Origin: Chloroflexota bacterium
GTDB taxonomy: Bacteria > Chloroflexota > UBA6077 > JACCZL01
Reading direction: 5' to 3'
Length of the DNA stretch: 64,000 bases
Assembly: GCA_020850535.1 (NCBI GenBank)
Contig: JADZEM010000116.1
Location: 45,419-109,418 of the forward strand
Shown here: positions 1 to 9,649 of the stretch, piece by piece
Position numbering within the stretch: position 1 is the first letter of the stretch
Layout: every line of letters begins with the position of its first letter
Notes under the pieces: generated by a model
Databases searched by the model: none
Seen by the model: the letters and a program-made list of their open reading frames with translations, nothing else
Told to the model about the DNA's origin: nothing
Translations under genes and position numbers: made by a program

Positions 1-470
1 CTCGGGGCCGTCAGCTCGTTCTGCATCTTCATGGCCGAGAGCACGACCAGCGTCGCCCCGCGCGTCACGACCTGGCCCCTGTCTACGGGAATGCTGACGA
101 CCAGCCCCGGCATCGGCGCGCGCACGGCCGCCTCGACGTGGCGATGCCGCCCGCCGGCGGCCGCGCTGGCGAGTCTGGCGGCGCGCTCGTCCAGCACCAG
201 CGCCGACACCAGTTGCCCATCCAGCGCCATCGTCACGCGGTCATCCTGCCGCCCGATCAGCCCCCGCAGCACCGATCCACCGACCAGCACCGACAGCTCA
301 CCGTCAGTCGTCGTGGCAAGGACGTCGATCCGTTGCTCGTCGCCCTCGTCCAGGCGCACGTAGCGACCGTCCTCGCGGTCCACCACCGTCACCGTGACGG
401 TGCGCTCGCCGATCTCGACGCGATACGCCGTCGAGGCCAGCAGTCGGGAGACGCCGTTCCCTTCGCTCAT
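1..470 (-). CDS. Biotin carboxyl carrier protein (BCCP subunit of acyl-CoA carboxylase), 3' end runs off the window.
   Basis: Minus-strand translation from the ATG at 470-468 reads MSEGNGVSRLLASTAYRVEIGERTVTV...GATLVVLSAMKMQNELTAP. It contains the biotinyl-lysine motif AMKM in a biotin/lipoyl attachment context. The ATG overlaps the stop of the upstream biotin carboxylase (ATGA at 467-470). No ORF was called in the track because it lacks a stop within the window. Confidence 0.7.
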   Translation of the reverse strand, partial: MSEGNGVSRLLASTAYRVEIGERTVTVTVVDREDGRYVRLDEGDEQRIDVLATTTDGELSVLVGGSVLRGLIGRQDDRVTMALDGQLVSALVLDERAARLASAAAGGRHRHVEAAVRAPMPGLVVSIPVDRGQVVTRGATLVVLSAMKMQNELTAP

Positions 471-1975
471 GGCACGCGCAACCCGGCGCGTCGGGCGAAC
501 TGGAGCCAGCGCGGCTCCGGCTCGGCCGGCGCGACCGCCACTGCCGCGGCACGCCCCTGTCCCAGGTGCTCGGAGAGGGCCGCCAGGATCGCTGCGCGCG
601 CCAGCAGGTCGTCTGGTACGTTGTCGGCCGGCTGCCACTCGCGCGCCACCAGCTCGGTGTCGAGGTCGCCAACGACAAACGGCGGATGGCGCATCAGCCA
701 CCGGTGGAACGGCGTCGTCGTGCTGACGCCGAGGATGCCGTACTCGCCAAGCGCCCGGTGCATCCGCTCCAGCGCGCGGGGCCGGTCCTCGGCCCAGACG
801 ATCAGCTTGGACAGCAGCGAGTCGTAGAGCGGCGTGACATCCTGGCCGGGTTCGAGCGCGCCATCGATTCGGATGCCGGGGCCGGCCGGCTCGCGCACGG
901 AGGTGACCCGGCCCGTCGAAGGGAAGAACCGCCGGAACGGGTCTTCGGCCTGGATGCGGCACTCGACGGCGTGCCCACGGATCTGCACGTCGTCCTGCCT
1001 GAAGCCGAGCGGCTCGCCGGCCGCGACGCGCAGCTGCCAGTGGACGAGGTCGATGCCCGTCACCAGCTCCGTCACCGGGTGCTCGACCTGGAGGCGGGCG
1101 TTCACCTCAAGGAAGAAGAACTCACCGCTCTGGTCGAGCAGCATCTCGCAGGTGCCGGCGTTGGTGTAGCCCACGGCCTGCGCCGCCCGCACCGCGACAT
1201 CGCCCATACGCGCCCGCAGCTCCGGGCCAACGGCCGGCGACGGCGCTTCCTCGACCAGTTTCTGGTGCCGGCGCTGGACACTGCACTCGCGCTCGCCCAG
1301 GTGCACCACGTTGCCGTGATGGTCCGCAAGGATCTGGATCTCGACGTGCCGGGGCCGAACCACCAGCCGTTCCAGGTACATCGACGGATCGCCGAACGCC
1401 GCCAGCGCCTCGTCGGACGCCTGCCGGAACGACGCGACGAGGTCCTCCGGCCGCTCGACGACCCGCATGCCCTTGCCGCCACCGCCCGAGACGGCCTTCA
1501 GGGCGATGGGGTAGCCGATCCCCTCCGCGATCCTGGCGGCCTCCTCGGGCGTCGGGATCGGATCGAGGGTACCGGGCACGACCGGGACGCCGGCCGCCTG
1601 CATCACCGTCCGGGCGGCCGTCTTGCTGCCCATCGCGCGCATCGCGGCGGGCGGCGGCCCGACGAAGACCAGCCCGGCGTCGGCGCACGCCTGCGCAAAG
1701 TCCGGGTTCTCGGCCAGGAAGCCGTAGCCAGGATGGATCGCCTCGGCGCCGGCCGCCCGCGCGATCTCGATGATGCGGTCGCCCCGCAGGTAGCTTTCGG
1801 CGGCCGTCAATCCGCCCAGCGGGTACGCCTCGTCGGCAGTCCGCACGTGCAGCGCCGCGCGGTCAGGGTCGCTGAAGACGGCGACGGTCCGGACGCCCAG
1901 CTCGCGGCAGCCGCGCATCACCCGCACGGCGATCTCGCCCCGGTTGGCGACCAGCAGCTTGGAAAACGGCGGCAT
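467..1975 (-). CDS. accC: Biotin carboxylase (alpha subunit of acetyl/propionyl-CoA carboxylase, ATP-grasp).
   Basis: 502 aa. N-terminus MPPFSKLLVANRGEIAVRVMRGCRELG is the classic biotin carboxylase start. ATP-grasp and biotin carboxylase C-terminal regions are present. It has high GC3 codon usage and sits between the carboxyltransferase and BCCP genes. Confidence 0.9.
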   Translation of the reverse strand: MPPFSKLLVANRGEIAVRVMRGCRELGVRTVAVFSDPDRAALHVRTADEAYPLGGLTAAESYLRGDRIIEIARAAGAEAIHPGYGFLAENPDFAQACADAGLVFVGPPPAAMRAMGSKTAARTVMQAAGVPVVPGTLDPIPTPEEAARIAEGIGYPIALKAVSGGGGKGMRVVERPEDLVASFRQASDEALAAFGDPSMYLERLVVRPRHVEIQILADHHGNVVHLGERECSVQRRHQKLVEEAPSPAVGPELRARMGDVAVRAAQAVGYTNAGTCEMLLDQSGEFFFLEVNARLQVEHPVTELVTGIDLVHWQLRVAAGEPLGFRQDDVQIRGHAVECRIQAEDPFRRFFPSTGRVTSVREPAGPGIRIDGALEPGQDVTPLYDSLLSKLIVWAEDRPRALERMHRALGEYGILGVSTTTPFHRWLMRHPPFVVGDLDTELVAREWQPADNVPDDLLARAAILAALSEHLGQGRAAAVAVAPAEPEPRWLQFARRAGLRVP

Positions 1976-2003
1976 CAGCGCGCCGCCTCGCCCTGTCGGC
2001 CGG

Positions 2004-3599
2004 TCACAGCGGGATGTTCCCGTGCTTCTTCGGCGGGTTCGTGTCCCTCTTCGTGCGCACCACTTCCAGGGCCGCGATCAGCTTCCGACGCGTCTCGCGC
2101 GGCAGGATCACCTCGTCCACGTAGCCGCGCGCCGCCGCCTCGTAGGGGTTCGCGTGGCGCTCGCGGTACTCACGGGTCAGTTGGGCGCGCTCCGCGTCCG
2201 GGTCGGCAGCCTTCGCGATGCGGTCGCGGAAGATGATGTTGACCGCTCCCTCCACGCCCATCACTGCGATCTCAGCCGTGGGCCACGCGAAGTTGGCATC
2301 CCCGCGAATGTGCTTGCTCGACATCACGTCGTAGGCGCCGCCGTAGGCCTTGCGGGTGATCACCGTCAGCTTCGGCACGGTCGCCTCGCAGTAGGCGTAG
2401 AGCAGCTTCGCGCCGTGCCGGATGATGCCGTTGTGCTCCTGGCCGACGCCCGGCAGGAAGCCGGGCACGTCCACGAACGTCACCAGCGGGATGTTGAAGC
2501 AGTCGCAGAAGCGGACGAAGCGGGCGGCCTTCGTCGACGAGTCGATGTCGAGGACGCCGGCCAGCACGCTGGGCTGCTGCGCCACGATGCCGATGGGCCG
2601 GCCGTTCAGCCGCGCGAACCCGACGATGATGTTGCGGGCGTAGTGCTCCTGCACCTCCATGAACTCGCCGTCGTCCACCACCGCGCCGATGACGTTGTGC
2701 ATGTCGTAGGCACGCGTCGGGTCGTCGGGAATGATCGCGTCGAGGTCGGGCGCTTCTCGGTCCGGACGGTCAGTTGGCTGGGTCCGTGGCGGGTCATCCA
2801 CGTTGTTCGAGGGCAGGTATGCCAGCAGGCGACGGATCTCCTGCAGGCAGGAGACTTCGTCGTCCACGGCGAAGTGCGCGACGCCGCTCCGCCCGTTGTG
2901 GGTCATCGCGCCGCCAAGCTCCTCGAAGTCCACGACCTCGTGGGTCACGGTCCGCACGACATCCGGCCCGGTCACGAACATGAAGCTGGTGTCCTTGACC
3001 ATGAACGTGAAGTCGGTGATGGCCGGCGAGTAGACCGCGCCGCCGGCGCACGGCCCCATGATGGCGCTGATCTGCGGCACGACCCCTGATGCCAGCGTAT
3101 TTCGCAGGAAGATCTCAGCGTACGCACCGAGGCTGACGACACCCTCCTGAATCCGCGCGCCGCCGGAGTCGTTCAGGCCCACCACCGGCAGCCCGGACTT
3201 CGTCGCCAGATCCATCAGCTTGCAGATCTTCTCGCCGTACGCCTCCGACAGCGAGCCGCCGAAGACGGTGAAATCCTGCGAGAACACGGCGACCGGGCGG
3301 CCGTCCACTCGGCCGACGCCCGTGACGACGCCATCACCCAGGAATCTCGGGAGGCTCGCGTCGGCGGACCGGTGCACCACCAGGGCGTCGATCTCCTGAA
3401 ACGTGTCAGGGTCGAGCAGCAGCTCCAGCCGCTCGCGCGCCGTCAGCTTGCCGGCGTTGTGCTGGCGCTCGATGCGGGCCTGCCCGCCGCCTAGCCTCGC
3501 CTGACGCCGCAGCTCCTCAAGGCGCGCCAGCTTGGCAGCCGTCGTCTCGACGGCCGGCAAGCTGGTCTCCTGCACGTCGTCGGATGGGTGTACTGACAC
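2004..3599 (-). CDS. Acyl-CoA carboxylase carboxyltransferase beta subunit (propionyl-CoA carboxylase / methylmalonyl-CoA carboxyltransferase family).
   Basis: 531 aa. N-terminal region ...[33 protein letters not shown] is typical of PccB/AccD5-type carboxyltransferases. It is first in the minus-strand operon with accC and BCCP. Confidence 0.9.
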   Translation of the reverse strand: MSVHPSDDVQETSLPAVETTAAKLARLEELRRQARLGGGQARIERQHNAGKLTARERLELLLDPDTFQEIDALVVHRSADASLPRFLGDGVVTGVGRVDGRPVAVFSQDFTVFGGSLSEAYGEKICKLMDLATKSGLPVVGLNDSGGARIQEGVVSLGAYAEIFLRNTLASGVVPQISAIMGPCAGGAVYSPAITDFTFMVKDTSFMFVTGPDVVRTVTHEVVDFEELGGAMTHNGRSGVAHFAVDDEVSCLQEIRRLLAYLPSNNVDDPPRTQPTDRPDREAPDLDAIIPDDPTRAYDMHNVIGAVVDDGEFMEVQEHYARNIIVGFARLNGRPIGIVAQQPSVLAGVLDIDSSTKAARFVRFCDCFNIPLVTFVDVPGFLPGVGQEHNGIIRHGAKLLYAYCEATVPKLTVITRKAYGGAYDVMSSKHIRGDANFAWPTAEIAVMGVEGAVNIIFRDRIAKAADPDAERAQLTREYRERHANPYEAAARGYVDEVILPRETRRKLIAALEVVRTKRDTNPPKKHGNIPL

Positions 3600-3755
3600 G
3601 TCACGCTCCGGTGCGGGGCTGCGAGCGACAGGTCGCCGCCGTCGAGCGCCGTCGTGGCGCAGACGGTGGCCTCGTCGCGGAACGGATGCTACACAGGCCG
3701 CGAACGCGCCGACAAGGCAGCCGTCGTTCGCCCGAGAAGCCCCAGCCGCACCCGC

Positions 3756-6161
3756 TTACAGCTCCTGCAGCACCTTGCGGAGGTCTGGGAGGCGGTACGG
3801 CTTCGCGATGACCGCACGCACGCCCCGTTCCAGTGCCTCGTCGGGATCGATCTCTGCGCCCCAGCCGGTGGTCAGGATGAACTGAGGCGGGTGGGGCTGC
3901 TGCTGCACCGCCGCGGCCAGGTCCCAGCCGTTCATTCCCGACCCCATACCCAGGTCGGAGATCACCACGTCGACGGAGGAGGTCGCCAGCAGCGACAGCG
4001 CCTCCTCACCGGACATCGCCACGAGGACCGTGTGGCCGTCAGACTCCAGGATCCGCGAGAGCATCGTGACCAGGGCCGGCTCATCATCCACCACCAGGAT
4101 GGTTTGCGGGCGCACCGCGTCCGGACGCTCGTCAGGCGGCCTCGCCGGCTCCCCCTGCGCTGCGATCGGGAAGACCAGCTCGAAGGTCGTTCCCTCGCCC
4201 AGCTCGCTGCGGACCGCGATCGAGCCGTCGTGGCGCTCCACGATCCCGAACACGATGGCGAGGCCCAGCCCGGAGCCGCCCTCACCCTTCGTGCTGAAGA
4301 ACGGCTCGAACAGCTTCTCTCGGGTTTCCGGCGTCATGCCAACCCCGGAGTCGATTACCTGAACGACCACGTGCGAGGCCAGCGTGACCGCCCGCAGCCG
4401 AATCAATCCACCATCGGGCAGCGCGTCCACCGCGTTGAGCAGGAGGTTCGTGAAGGCCTCGCGCAGGTCGCTGGGCCAGCCATCGATGGCAACATCGCCT
4501 TCGACCTCCAGGCTCACCTGAATCGTGCGGCCCTCCTGCTGGGCCGCGTCTCGCCAGCGGGGAGCCGTGAGCTTGGCAACCTGGCGCAGCACGTCGTCCA
4601 GATCCACGCGACTCTTGGTGCCCTCAGCGTCCGGGCGAGCGAACAGCAGCAGGCGCCGCACGGCCTCGGCCCCGTCGACGGCCGCGCGAATCATGGTGTG
4701 CACCGAATCCTGCACGCTGTCCAGGTCGAGCGCCGGCCGTTCAAGCTCCTGGAGCGCCAGGTCGCCGTACCCGACGACCAGTCCGAGGTACTGGTTCAGG
4801 TCGTGCGCAACGCCGCCCGCCAGTTGGCCGAGCGCGCGCAGCTTCGCGCCCTGGGCAACCTGCCGCTCGCGCGCGACCTCGTCCGTGATGTCGTGGACGA
4901 CGTGCACCGCGCCGGCGATCTGCCCGGTCTCGTCCCGCACGGGCGCGCTCGCCGCCCGTACCACGAGATCGCGGGCATCTGCCGTCTTCATCCGGTAGAC
5001 GGCGCTGAACTGCTCTCCGCGCAATGCGCGAATGATCGGGCGGTCCTCAAGCGCGACCGGCAGGCCCTGCTCGTCCAGGGTCTGCCACGACTGACGGTGG
5101 ATCGGCAGGCCGACAAGCTGCTCGGAATCCACGCCCAGCACCTGCCCGGCCGCGGCATTGACGAGGACGATTCGCCCGTCTCGGTCGGTGACAATCACCG
5201 CGTCGAGCATCTGCTGCAAGATCAGCGACTTTTCCGTCGCCTCACGGCGGGTCTCGGCAATCGCCTGCCGCTCCCGTTCGAGCAGCAGCAGGCGCTCCTC
5301 CTCCGCCCGCAGCCGCTCGCCGATGTCGCGCATCATGCCCGTGAACAGGCGGCGGCCACCCAGTCGGATCTCGCTGACGGCAAGATCGATCTTGACGGCG
5401 GCGCCGTCCTTGCGCCGCCCCTCGACGATCCGCCCGATGCCGATGATGTGCGGCTCGTCGGTCTCGAGATAACGGGCCAGGTAGCCGTCATGCTCGACGG
5501 CGATGGCTGACGGCATCAGCATCGAGACGTTCTTTCCGATCAGCTCACGCGGCTCGTACCCGAAGACGGCCATCACCGCCGGATTGACCGATTCCATGAT
5601 GCCGTGCACGTCTATCGTGACGATGACGTCCGACGCACCCTCGACAATCACCCGGTGACGCGCCTCGTTCTCGAAAAGCGCCTGTTCCGCGCGTCGGCGG
5701 GCAGCCCGCTCGTCCGCCGTCTTGAGCGCGGCGCTGACCGCCGCAGCCAGCCGCCCGCTTTGGTCAGGCCCTTTCCGCAGGTAGGCGTCAAAGCCGGCCT
5801 GCAGCGCCGAGACGGCCAGATCCTCGTCGCCGTACTCGGTCAGCATCAGGACCGGATGCTCTGGTCGCGCGTTGCGGACGGCGTCGAGCACGCCCAGTCC
5901 GTCCGTCCAGGACAGGCGCGACTCGGTAATGACCACGTCGAACTGGCAATGGGCCAGTGCCTCGCAGAGCGCAGCCTCGCCGGGCGCCTGGTGCACTTCG
6001 GCGAGCGGGAGATCCCCACAGATCCAGTCCGAAACGCGGGCTTCGGCTCCTGGCGACTCGTCGACGAGCAGGATCCGCAGCGGCGAGCCCTTGCTCACAG
6101 CGACACGTCCCCCGTCAATCTCTCTGCTGAAGCGTCGGTACGTTCCTTGTACCACAAGCAA
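3756..6161 (-). CDS. Hybrid sensor histidine kinase: N-terminal receiver-like domain, PAS domains, HisKA, HATPase_c, and C-terminal receiver.
   Basis: 801 aa. H-box GGVAHDLNQYLG. ATP-binding G-boxes GSGLGLAIVFGIVERHDGSIAV. C-terminal REC ILVVDDEPALV...VDVVISDLGMGSGMNG with phospho-acceptor Asp. The N-terminal REC-like segment LRILLVDESPG...FDVVITESRL has Glu where the acceptor Asp is expected. The exact start is uncertain. Confidence 0.85.
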   Translation of the reverse strand: MLVVQGTYRRFSREIDGGRVAVSKGSPLRILLVDESPGAEARVSDWICGDLPLAEVHQAPGEAALCEALAHCQFDVVITESRLSWTDGLGVLDAVRNARPEHPVLMLTEYGDEDLAVSALQAGFDAYLRKGPDQSGRLAAAVSAALKTADERAARRRAEQALFENEARHRVIVEGASDVIVTIDVHGIMESVNPAVMAVFGYEPRELIGKNVSMLMPSAIAVEHDGYLARYLETDEPHIIGIGRIVEGRRKDGAAVKIDLAVSEIRLGGRRLFTGMMRDIGERLRAEEERLLLLERERQAIAETRREATEKSLILQQMLDAVIVTDRDGRIVLVNAAAGQVLGVDSEQLVGLPIHRQSWQTLDEQGLPVALEDRPIIRALRGEQFSAVYRMKTADARDLVVRAASAPVRDETGQIAGAVHVVHDITDEVARERQVAQGAKLRALGQLAGGVAHDLNQYLGLVVGYGDLALQELERPALDLDSVQDSVHTMIRAAVDGAEAVRRLLLFARPDAEGTKSRVDLDDVLRQVAKLTAPRWRDAAQQEGRTIQVSLEVEGDVAIDGWPSDLREAFTNLLLNAVDALPDGGLIRLRAVTLASHVVVQVIDSGVGMTPETREKLFEPFFSTKGEGGSGLGLAIVFGIVERHDGSIAVRSELGEGTTFELVFPIAAQGEPARPPDERPDAVRPQTILVVDDEPALVTMLSRILESDGHTVLVAMSGEEALSLLATSSVDVVISDLGMGSGMNGWDLAAAVQQQPHPPQFILTTGWGAEIDPDEALERGVRAVIAKPYRLPDLRKVLQEL

Positions 6162-6405
6162 AAGGGGATTTTAGGGCGTCGGCCAGGGGCTCTCAGGCAG
6201 TTTCTGGTGTGAATCCGGTCAAAGAACGTCCGGAAGAAGCCGTCAGCAGGTCGCATTCGACGCTTCCTTGCATCTGATCGAAGCGCACATGCATGTTGCA
6301 CGGATGTCGCTCGCCCGCGCATGCTCCGAGCGTATCGGTCGGGCCTTCGCGGTACCATGCCTGCGTGATCCGGGACGCGGCAGCCATGCGCGGAGGACGG
6401 CGAGT

Positions 6406-7095
6406 ATGACCTACGCCGAGCAGCGACAGCGCCTTCTTGAGGAGCTGCGGGATCAGGGCGTGCGCGACGAGCGGATACTCCTGGCCATCGGTCGGGCGCC
6501 CCGCGAGCGCTTTCTGCCGCCCGAGCTGGCCGCGCGCGCCTACGAGAACACCTCCCTGCCGATTGGCCTGGATCAGACGATCTCTCAGCCCATCGTGGTG
6601 GCCAACATGACCGAAGCGTTGGCGCTGACCGGCGGCGAGCGCGTCCTGGAAATCGGCACCGGGTCGGGCTACCAGGCGGCAGTGCTCGCGGAGATGGGCG
6701 TGTCGGTGACCAGTGTCGAGCGCGTGCCAGCCCTCCGTGAGCGCGCCGCCGCCCTGTTGGCCGAGCTGGGCTACGCGCACGTCGCCGTCCACCAGGCTGA
6801 AGAGCAGATCGGGTGGGCGGCCGGCGCTCCGTACGACCGCATCATCGTGACGGCGGCCGGGCCGTCCGTGCCGATGTCGCTGCTCGACCAGCTTGCCGTT
6901 GGCGGGCGGCTGGTGATGCCCGTCGGGTCGCTGCGGCAGCAGCGGCTGGTGGTGATCGAGCGCACGGCCGGCGGCGTCGACGTCTCGGACCTGGGCCGGG
7001 TGCGCTTCGTGCCGCTGATCGGCAGCGAGGCCTGGACCGAGCAGCAGGTCAGCGCGGACCGCGCAAGCGATCCTGAGGAGGCCGACAGCGCGTAG
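6406..7095 (+). CDS. pcm: Protein-L-isoaspartate(D-aspartate) O-methyltransferase.
   Basis: MTYAEQRQRLLEELRDQGVRDERILLAIGRAPRERFLP, then SQPIVVANMTEALAL and the SAM motif VLEIGTGSGYQAAVLA. The called ORF begins upstream at 6268, but the homologous N-terminus starts at the ATG at 6406. Confidence 0.85.
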   Translation: MTYAEQRQRLLEELRDQGVRDERILLAIGRAPRERFLPPELAARAYENTSLPIGLDQTISQPIVVANMTEALALTGGERVLEIGTGSGYQAAVLAEMGVSVTSVERVPALRERAAALLAELGYAHVAVHQAEEQIGWAAGAPYDRIIVTAAGPSVPMSLLDQLAVGGRLVMPVGSLRQQRLVVIERTAGGVDVSDLGRVRFVPLIGSEAWTEQQVSADRASDPEEADSA

Positions 7096-7110
7096 ACGTC
7101 TTGCGAGCGT

Positions 7111-8697
7111 CTACGGTTTGCGGAGCGGTTCGAGCGGCTCGACGTGTGTGTAGACGTGGTACACAGCGATGGTCTCACGGTCGGCGCGCCCGCCCACGCC
7201 TGCGAGCCGCGCCTGAAACTCGGCGTCGCCGGGCGTGCCCTGCGCGAAGACGAAGGCCGGCCGCTCGGCCACCGAGACCAGATGCGAGTAGACGGCCCGC
7301 CGCCCGAACCCGCTCGACCAGACGGACGGCACGATGCGCTCGCGGCTCTCGAAGGCCAGCGGATACGCCAGCCAGTAGTCGGTATAGATCCGGTCGATGT
7401 CCCGCGCCTGGAGCGCCGCGATCAACTCGGCGCGGTTCGCCGCCGTTGACGCACCGGCGCTCGTCGGCAGCGACAGCCGGTAGTCGCTCGCCAGCAGGCT
7501 ACAGACATTCAACCCGAGCAGCAGCGCCATCAACAGACCGCCGAGGACGCGCCGCCGCCGCCATACCTCCCAGATGATGGCGGTCACCAACGGAGCTGCC
7601 GCGTAGACGGGCAGCGCGTAGCGCGGCTCGGCCCAGAGGTTCGCGAATCGGCTGACGGCGACGAACGGCGGCACCAGCAGGAGTACCAACACGAAGATGG
7701 CCGCTCGGCGGCGCTCGTCCTCGCCACCGGCGACCAGCGCCACCAGCGACCGCCGGTGCCACCAGACGACGCCGAGCGCGAACAACGGGAGCGCCACCGT
7801 CACCAGCCAGCTGCTGCCCGGCCGAGTCGGCCAGTCCAGGGCCAGCAGCTCCCGGGACGGCGTGCCCTCGGCCAGCCCGACCAGCACCGGCAGGCCGTAG
7901 CGGACCAGCCCCCAGAGGTTGACCAGGGCGGCGCGCGGCTCGGTACCGCCCTCGGCGGCGAAGCGGAGGCTCGGGAAACCACCGGCCAGGTTGTGGGCTA
8001 TGGCCGGGCCGAGGCCGATCAGGAAACCGGCCGCCGCCACGCCAAGCGGGAGCGCCAGCCCGACCAGGGCCGTGCGGCTGGCGGCCCACGGTCTGAGCGC
8101 GCCCAGCAGGTAGAGTCCGGCTGCTGCCACCAGCACCGCCGCCATCGGATGGGTCCAGAGCGCCAGCCCGGCCGCCAGCCCGAGCAGTCCCCACCAGCCG
8201 AGGGCGCGCTGGCGCGTGTCCGCTGGCCGGTCAGCCAGCCGCTGGGCGGCCAGCAGACACAGTGTGCCGAGCGCCAGCGCCTCGGGATAGCCGCCTCGGG
8301 CCTTGACGCTCCAGGCCGCGAAGAACGACGGCGGCAGCGCGAGGTACGCAGCACCCAGCAGGGCTGGCCCCGCGCCGAACGCCCCCCGCGCGACGGCGAA
8401 GACGAGGCCGACGAACGCCACGGAGCAGAGGGCCGGCACGAGCTTGAGCGCCCAGGCCGACGGCCCGACGACGGCAAACAGCAGCGCGGCAGTGACCGGC
8501 TCCAGCGTGCCGAGGTAGTGCTGCTCCCAGTAGAACGCCGGCAGCTCCCCGGGCATCTGAAGCGCCATCAATCCGACGACGGCCTCGTCGGCGTCGATCT
8601 CCCCGAACGGGCCTGTAAGCAGCCAGACGCGGAGCCCAAGCCCCGCCAGCAGGATCAGGGCAAGCGCGAGCCGCTCAGTCAGCGTCGCGCGCGTCAC
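7111..8697 (-). CDS. Polytopic membrane glycosyltransferase, GT39/PMT_2 (ArnT/protein-mannosyltransferase-like) family; paralog 1 of 4.
   Basis: About 528 aa from GTG 8697. It has many TM helices (LALALILLAGLGLRVWLL, LLFAVVGPSAWALKLVPALCSVAFVGLVFAV, ...) and a C-terminal soluble domain. It resembles the other three GT39-like proteins in the window. The ORF-track start at 8919 would overlap the ComB-like gene by about 245 nt, so a downstream GTG start is preferred. The start is uncertain. Confidence 0.6.
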   Translation of the reverse strand: MTRATLTERLALALILLAGLGLRVWLLTGPFGEIDADEAVVGLMALQMPGELPAFYWEQHYLGTLEPVTAALLFAVVGPSAWALKLVPALCSVAFVGLVFAVARGAFGAGPALLGAAYLALPPSFFAAWSVKARGGYPEALALGTLCLLAAQRLADRPADTRQRALGWWGLLGLAAGLALWTHPMAAVLVAAAGLYLLGALRPWAASRTALVGLALPLGVAAAGFLIGLGPAIAHNLAGGFPSLRFAAEGGTEPRAALVNLWGLVRYGLPVLVGLAEGTPSRELLALDWPTRPGSSWLVTVALPLFALGVVWWHRRSLVALVAGGEDERRRAAIFVLVLLLVPPFVAVSRFANLWAEPRYALPVYAAAPLVTAIIWEVWRRRRVLGGLLMALLLGLNVCSLLASDYRLSLPTSAGASTAANRAELIAALQARDIDRIYTDYWLAYPLAFESRERIVPSVWSSGFGRRAVYSHLVSVAERPAFVFAQGTPGDAEFQARLAGVGGRADRETIAVYHVYTHVEPLEPLRKP

Positions 8698-9508
8698 CTG
8701 AACCCTGCGCCACCACGACCAGCCGCCCGTCGCGCAGCTCCAGGTGCGGCACCACGGTGGTGACGTCGATCTCCGAGCAGTAGAGCAGGTCGGCCCCGTA
8801 CCCCTTGCTGGGAAGATCGCGTCCGCTTCGCGACTCGGCAAACATGGCGCGGATCGTCTCCGACGAGGCGTGCTTCTCGTGGGGGGCAAGGTACGAGCGG
8901 AACAGCCGGTGGGCCACAATCGCCGAGTCCGACAACCCGAGCGCCATCGGGTCGGTCGCGGCCTCCTCCGGCGGCAGACGGCGCGGGCTGAGCTTCACCA
9001 GTCGCTCGACCAGCATGCCAGCCACAAACGTATCTTCGAGGCTCAGACTGAACGCCCGGTTGTCGCCGGCGCAGAGGATCAGGATGTCCCAGTTGTTCGC
9101 CGTGGCCTCGCGGAGCGCGTGGCGGACCACGGCGACCTCGTTGCGGGGGCTGCCGACCAGCACCAGCGGGGCTTCGGCCACGGCCCGCAGCGCGCCGGTC
9201 CCGTTCGAGGTGACGTAGACGACCTCGCGGCCGGCCAGGTTCGCATCGTCAACCTCGACCGGCGAGTTTCCGAAGTCGAACCCCGGCACCTTCAGCCCGT
9301 CGCGCTCGCCGCAGACCCAGAACTCGTCGCGGCGTCCCTCGGCGATCTCCAGCGCATCCTCCGGCGTCTCCGCCAGCCGCAGCTCGCGTGCGCCCGCCTC
9401 GAACATCGCCAGCATGGTGCTGGACGCCCGCAGCACGTCCAGCATGATGCAGACGCGCCCTTCAACTGACCGAACGCCACGCGCGTTCATCGCCACCGAG
9501 ACGATCAC
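8675..9508 (-). CDS. 2-phosphosulfolactate phosphatase family protein (ComB-like).
   Basis: 277 aa. IMLDVLRASSTMLAMFEAG...VYVTSNGTGAL...ILILCAGDNRAFSLEDTFVAG is the ComB family pattern (DVLRAST). An alternative start is the ATG at 9488 (MNARG...). Confidence 0.7.
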   Translation of the reverse strand: MIVSVAMNARGVRSVEGRVCIMLDVLRASSTMLAMFEAGARELRLAETPEDALEIAEGRRDEFWVCGERDGLKVPGFDFGNSPVEVDDANLAGREVVYVTSNGTGALRAVAEAPLVLVGSPRNEVAVVRHALREATANNWDILILCAGDNRAFSLSLEDTFVAGMLVERLVKLSPRRLPPEEAATDPMALGLSDSAIVAHRLFRSYLAPHEKHASSETIRAMFAESRSGRDLPSKGYGADLLYCSEIDVTTVVPHLELRDGRLVVVAQGSGDARDAD

Positions 9509-9649
9509 CAGACTTGCCCCTTCCTCAGCACGGCTGAGGATACCGGAAACGAGGCGGCCCCCCGGCCGATGACACCGGCCCTCTCGTGGACGCCGCCAGG
9601 ACGCGCGCCAGGCCAGCCCGGGTGTGAGCGGACCTGGCGCAGGCCGCGC

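Noticed and set aside
566-2236. Long plus-strand ORFs (556 aa here; also 3654-5510, 45810-47789 minus, 21711-23060, 7756-8763) antisense to the called genes.
   Set aside because: They are Arg/Gly/Pro-rich low-complexity translations typical of shadow ORFs in 70% GC DNA. They have no recognisable domains, and the opposite strand carries clear homology-supported genes.
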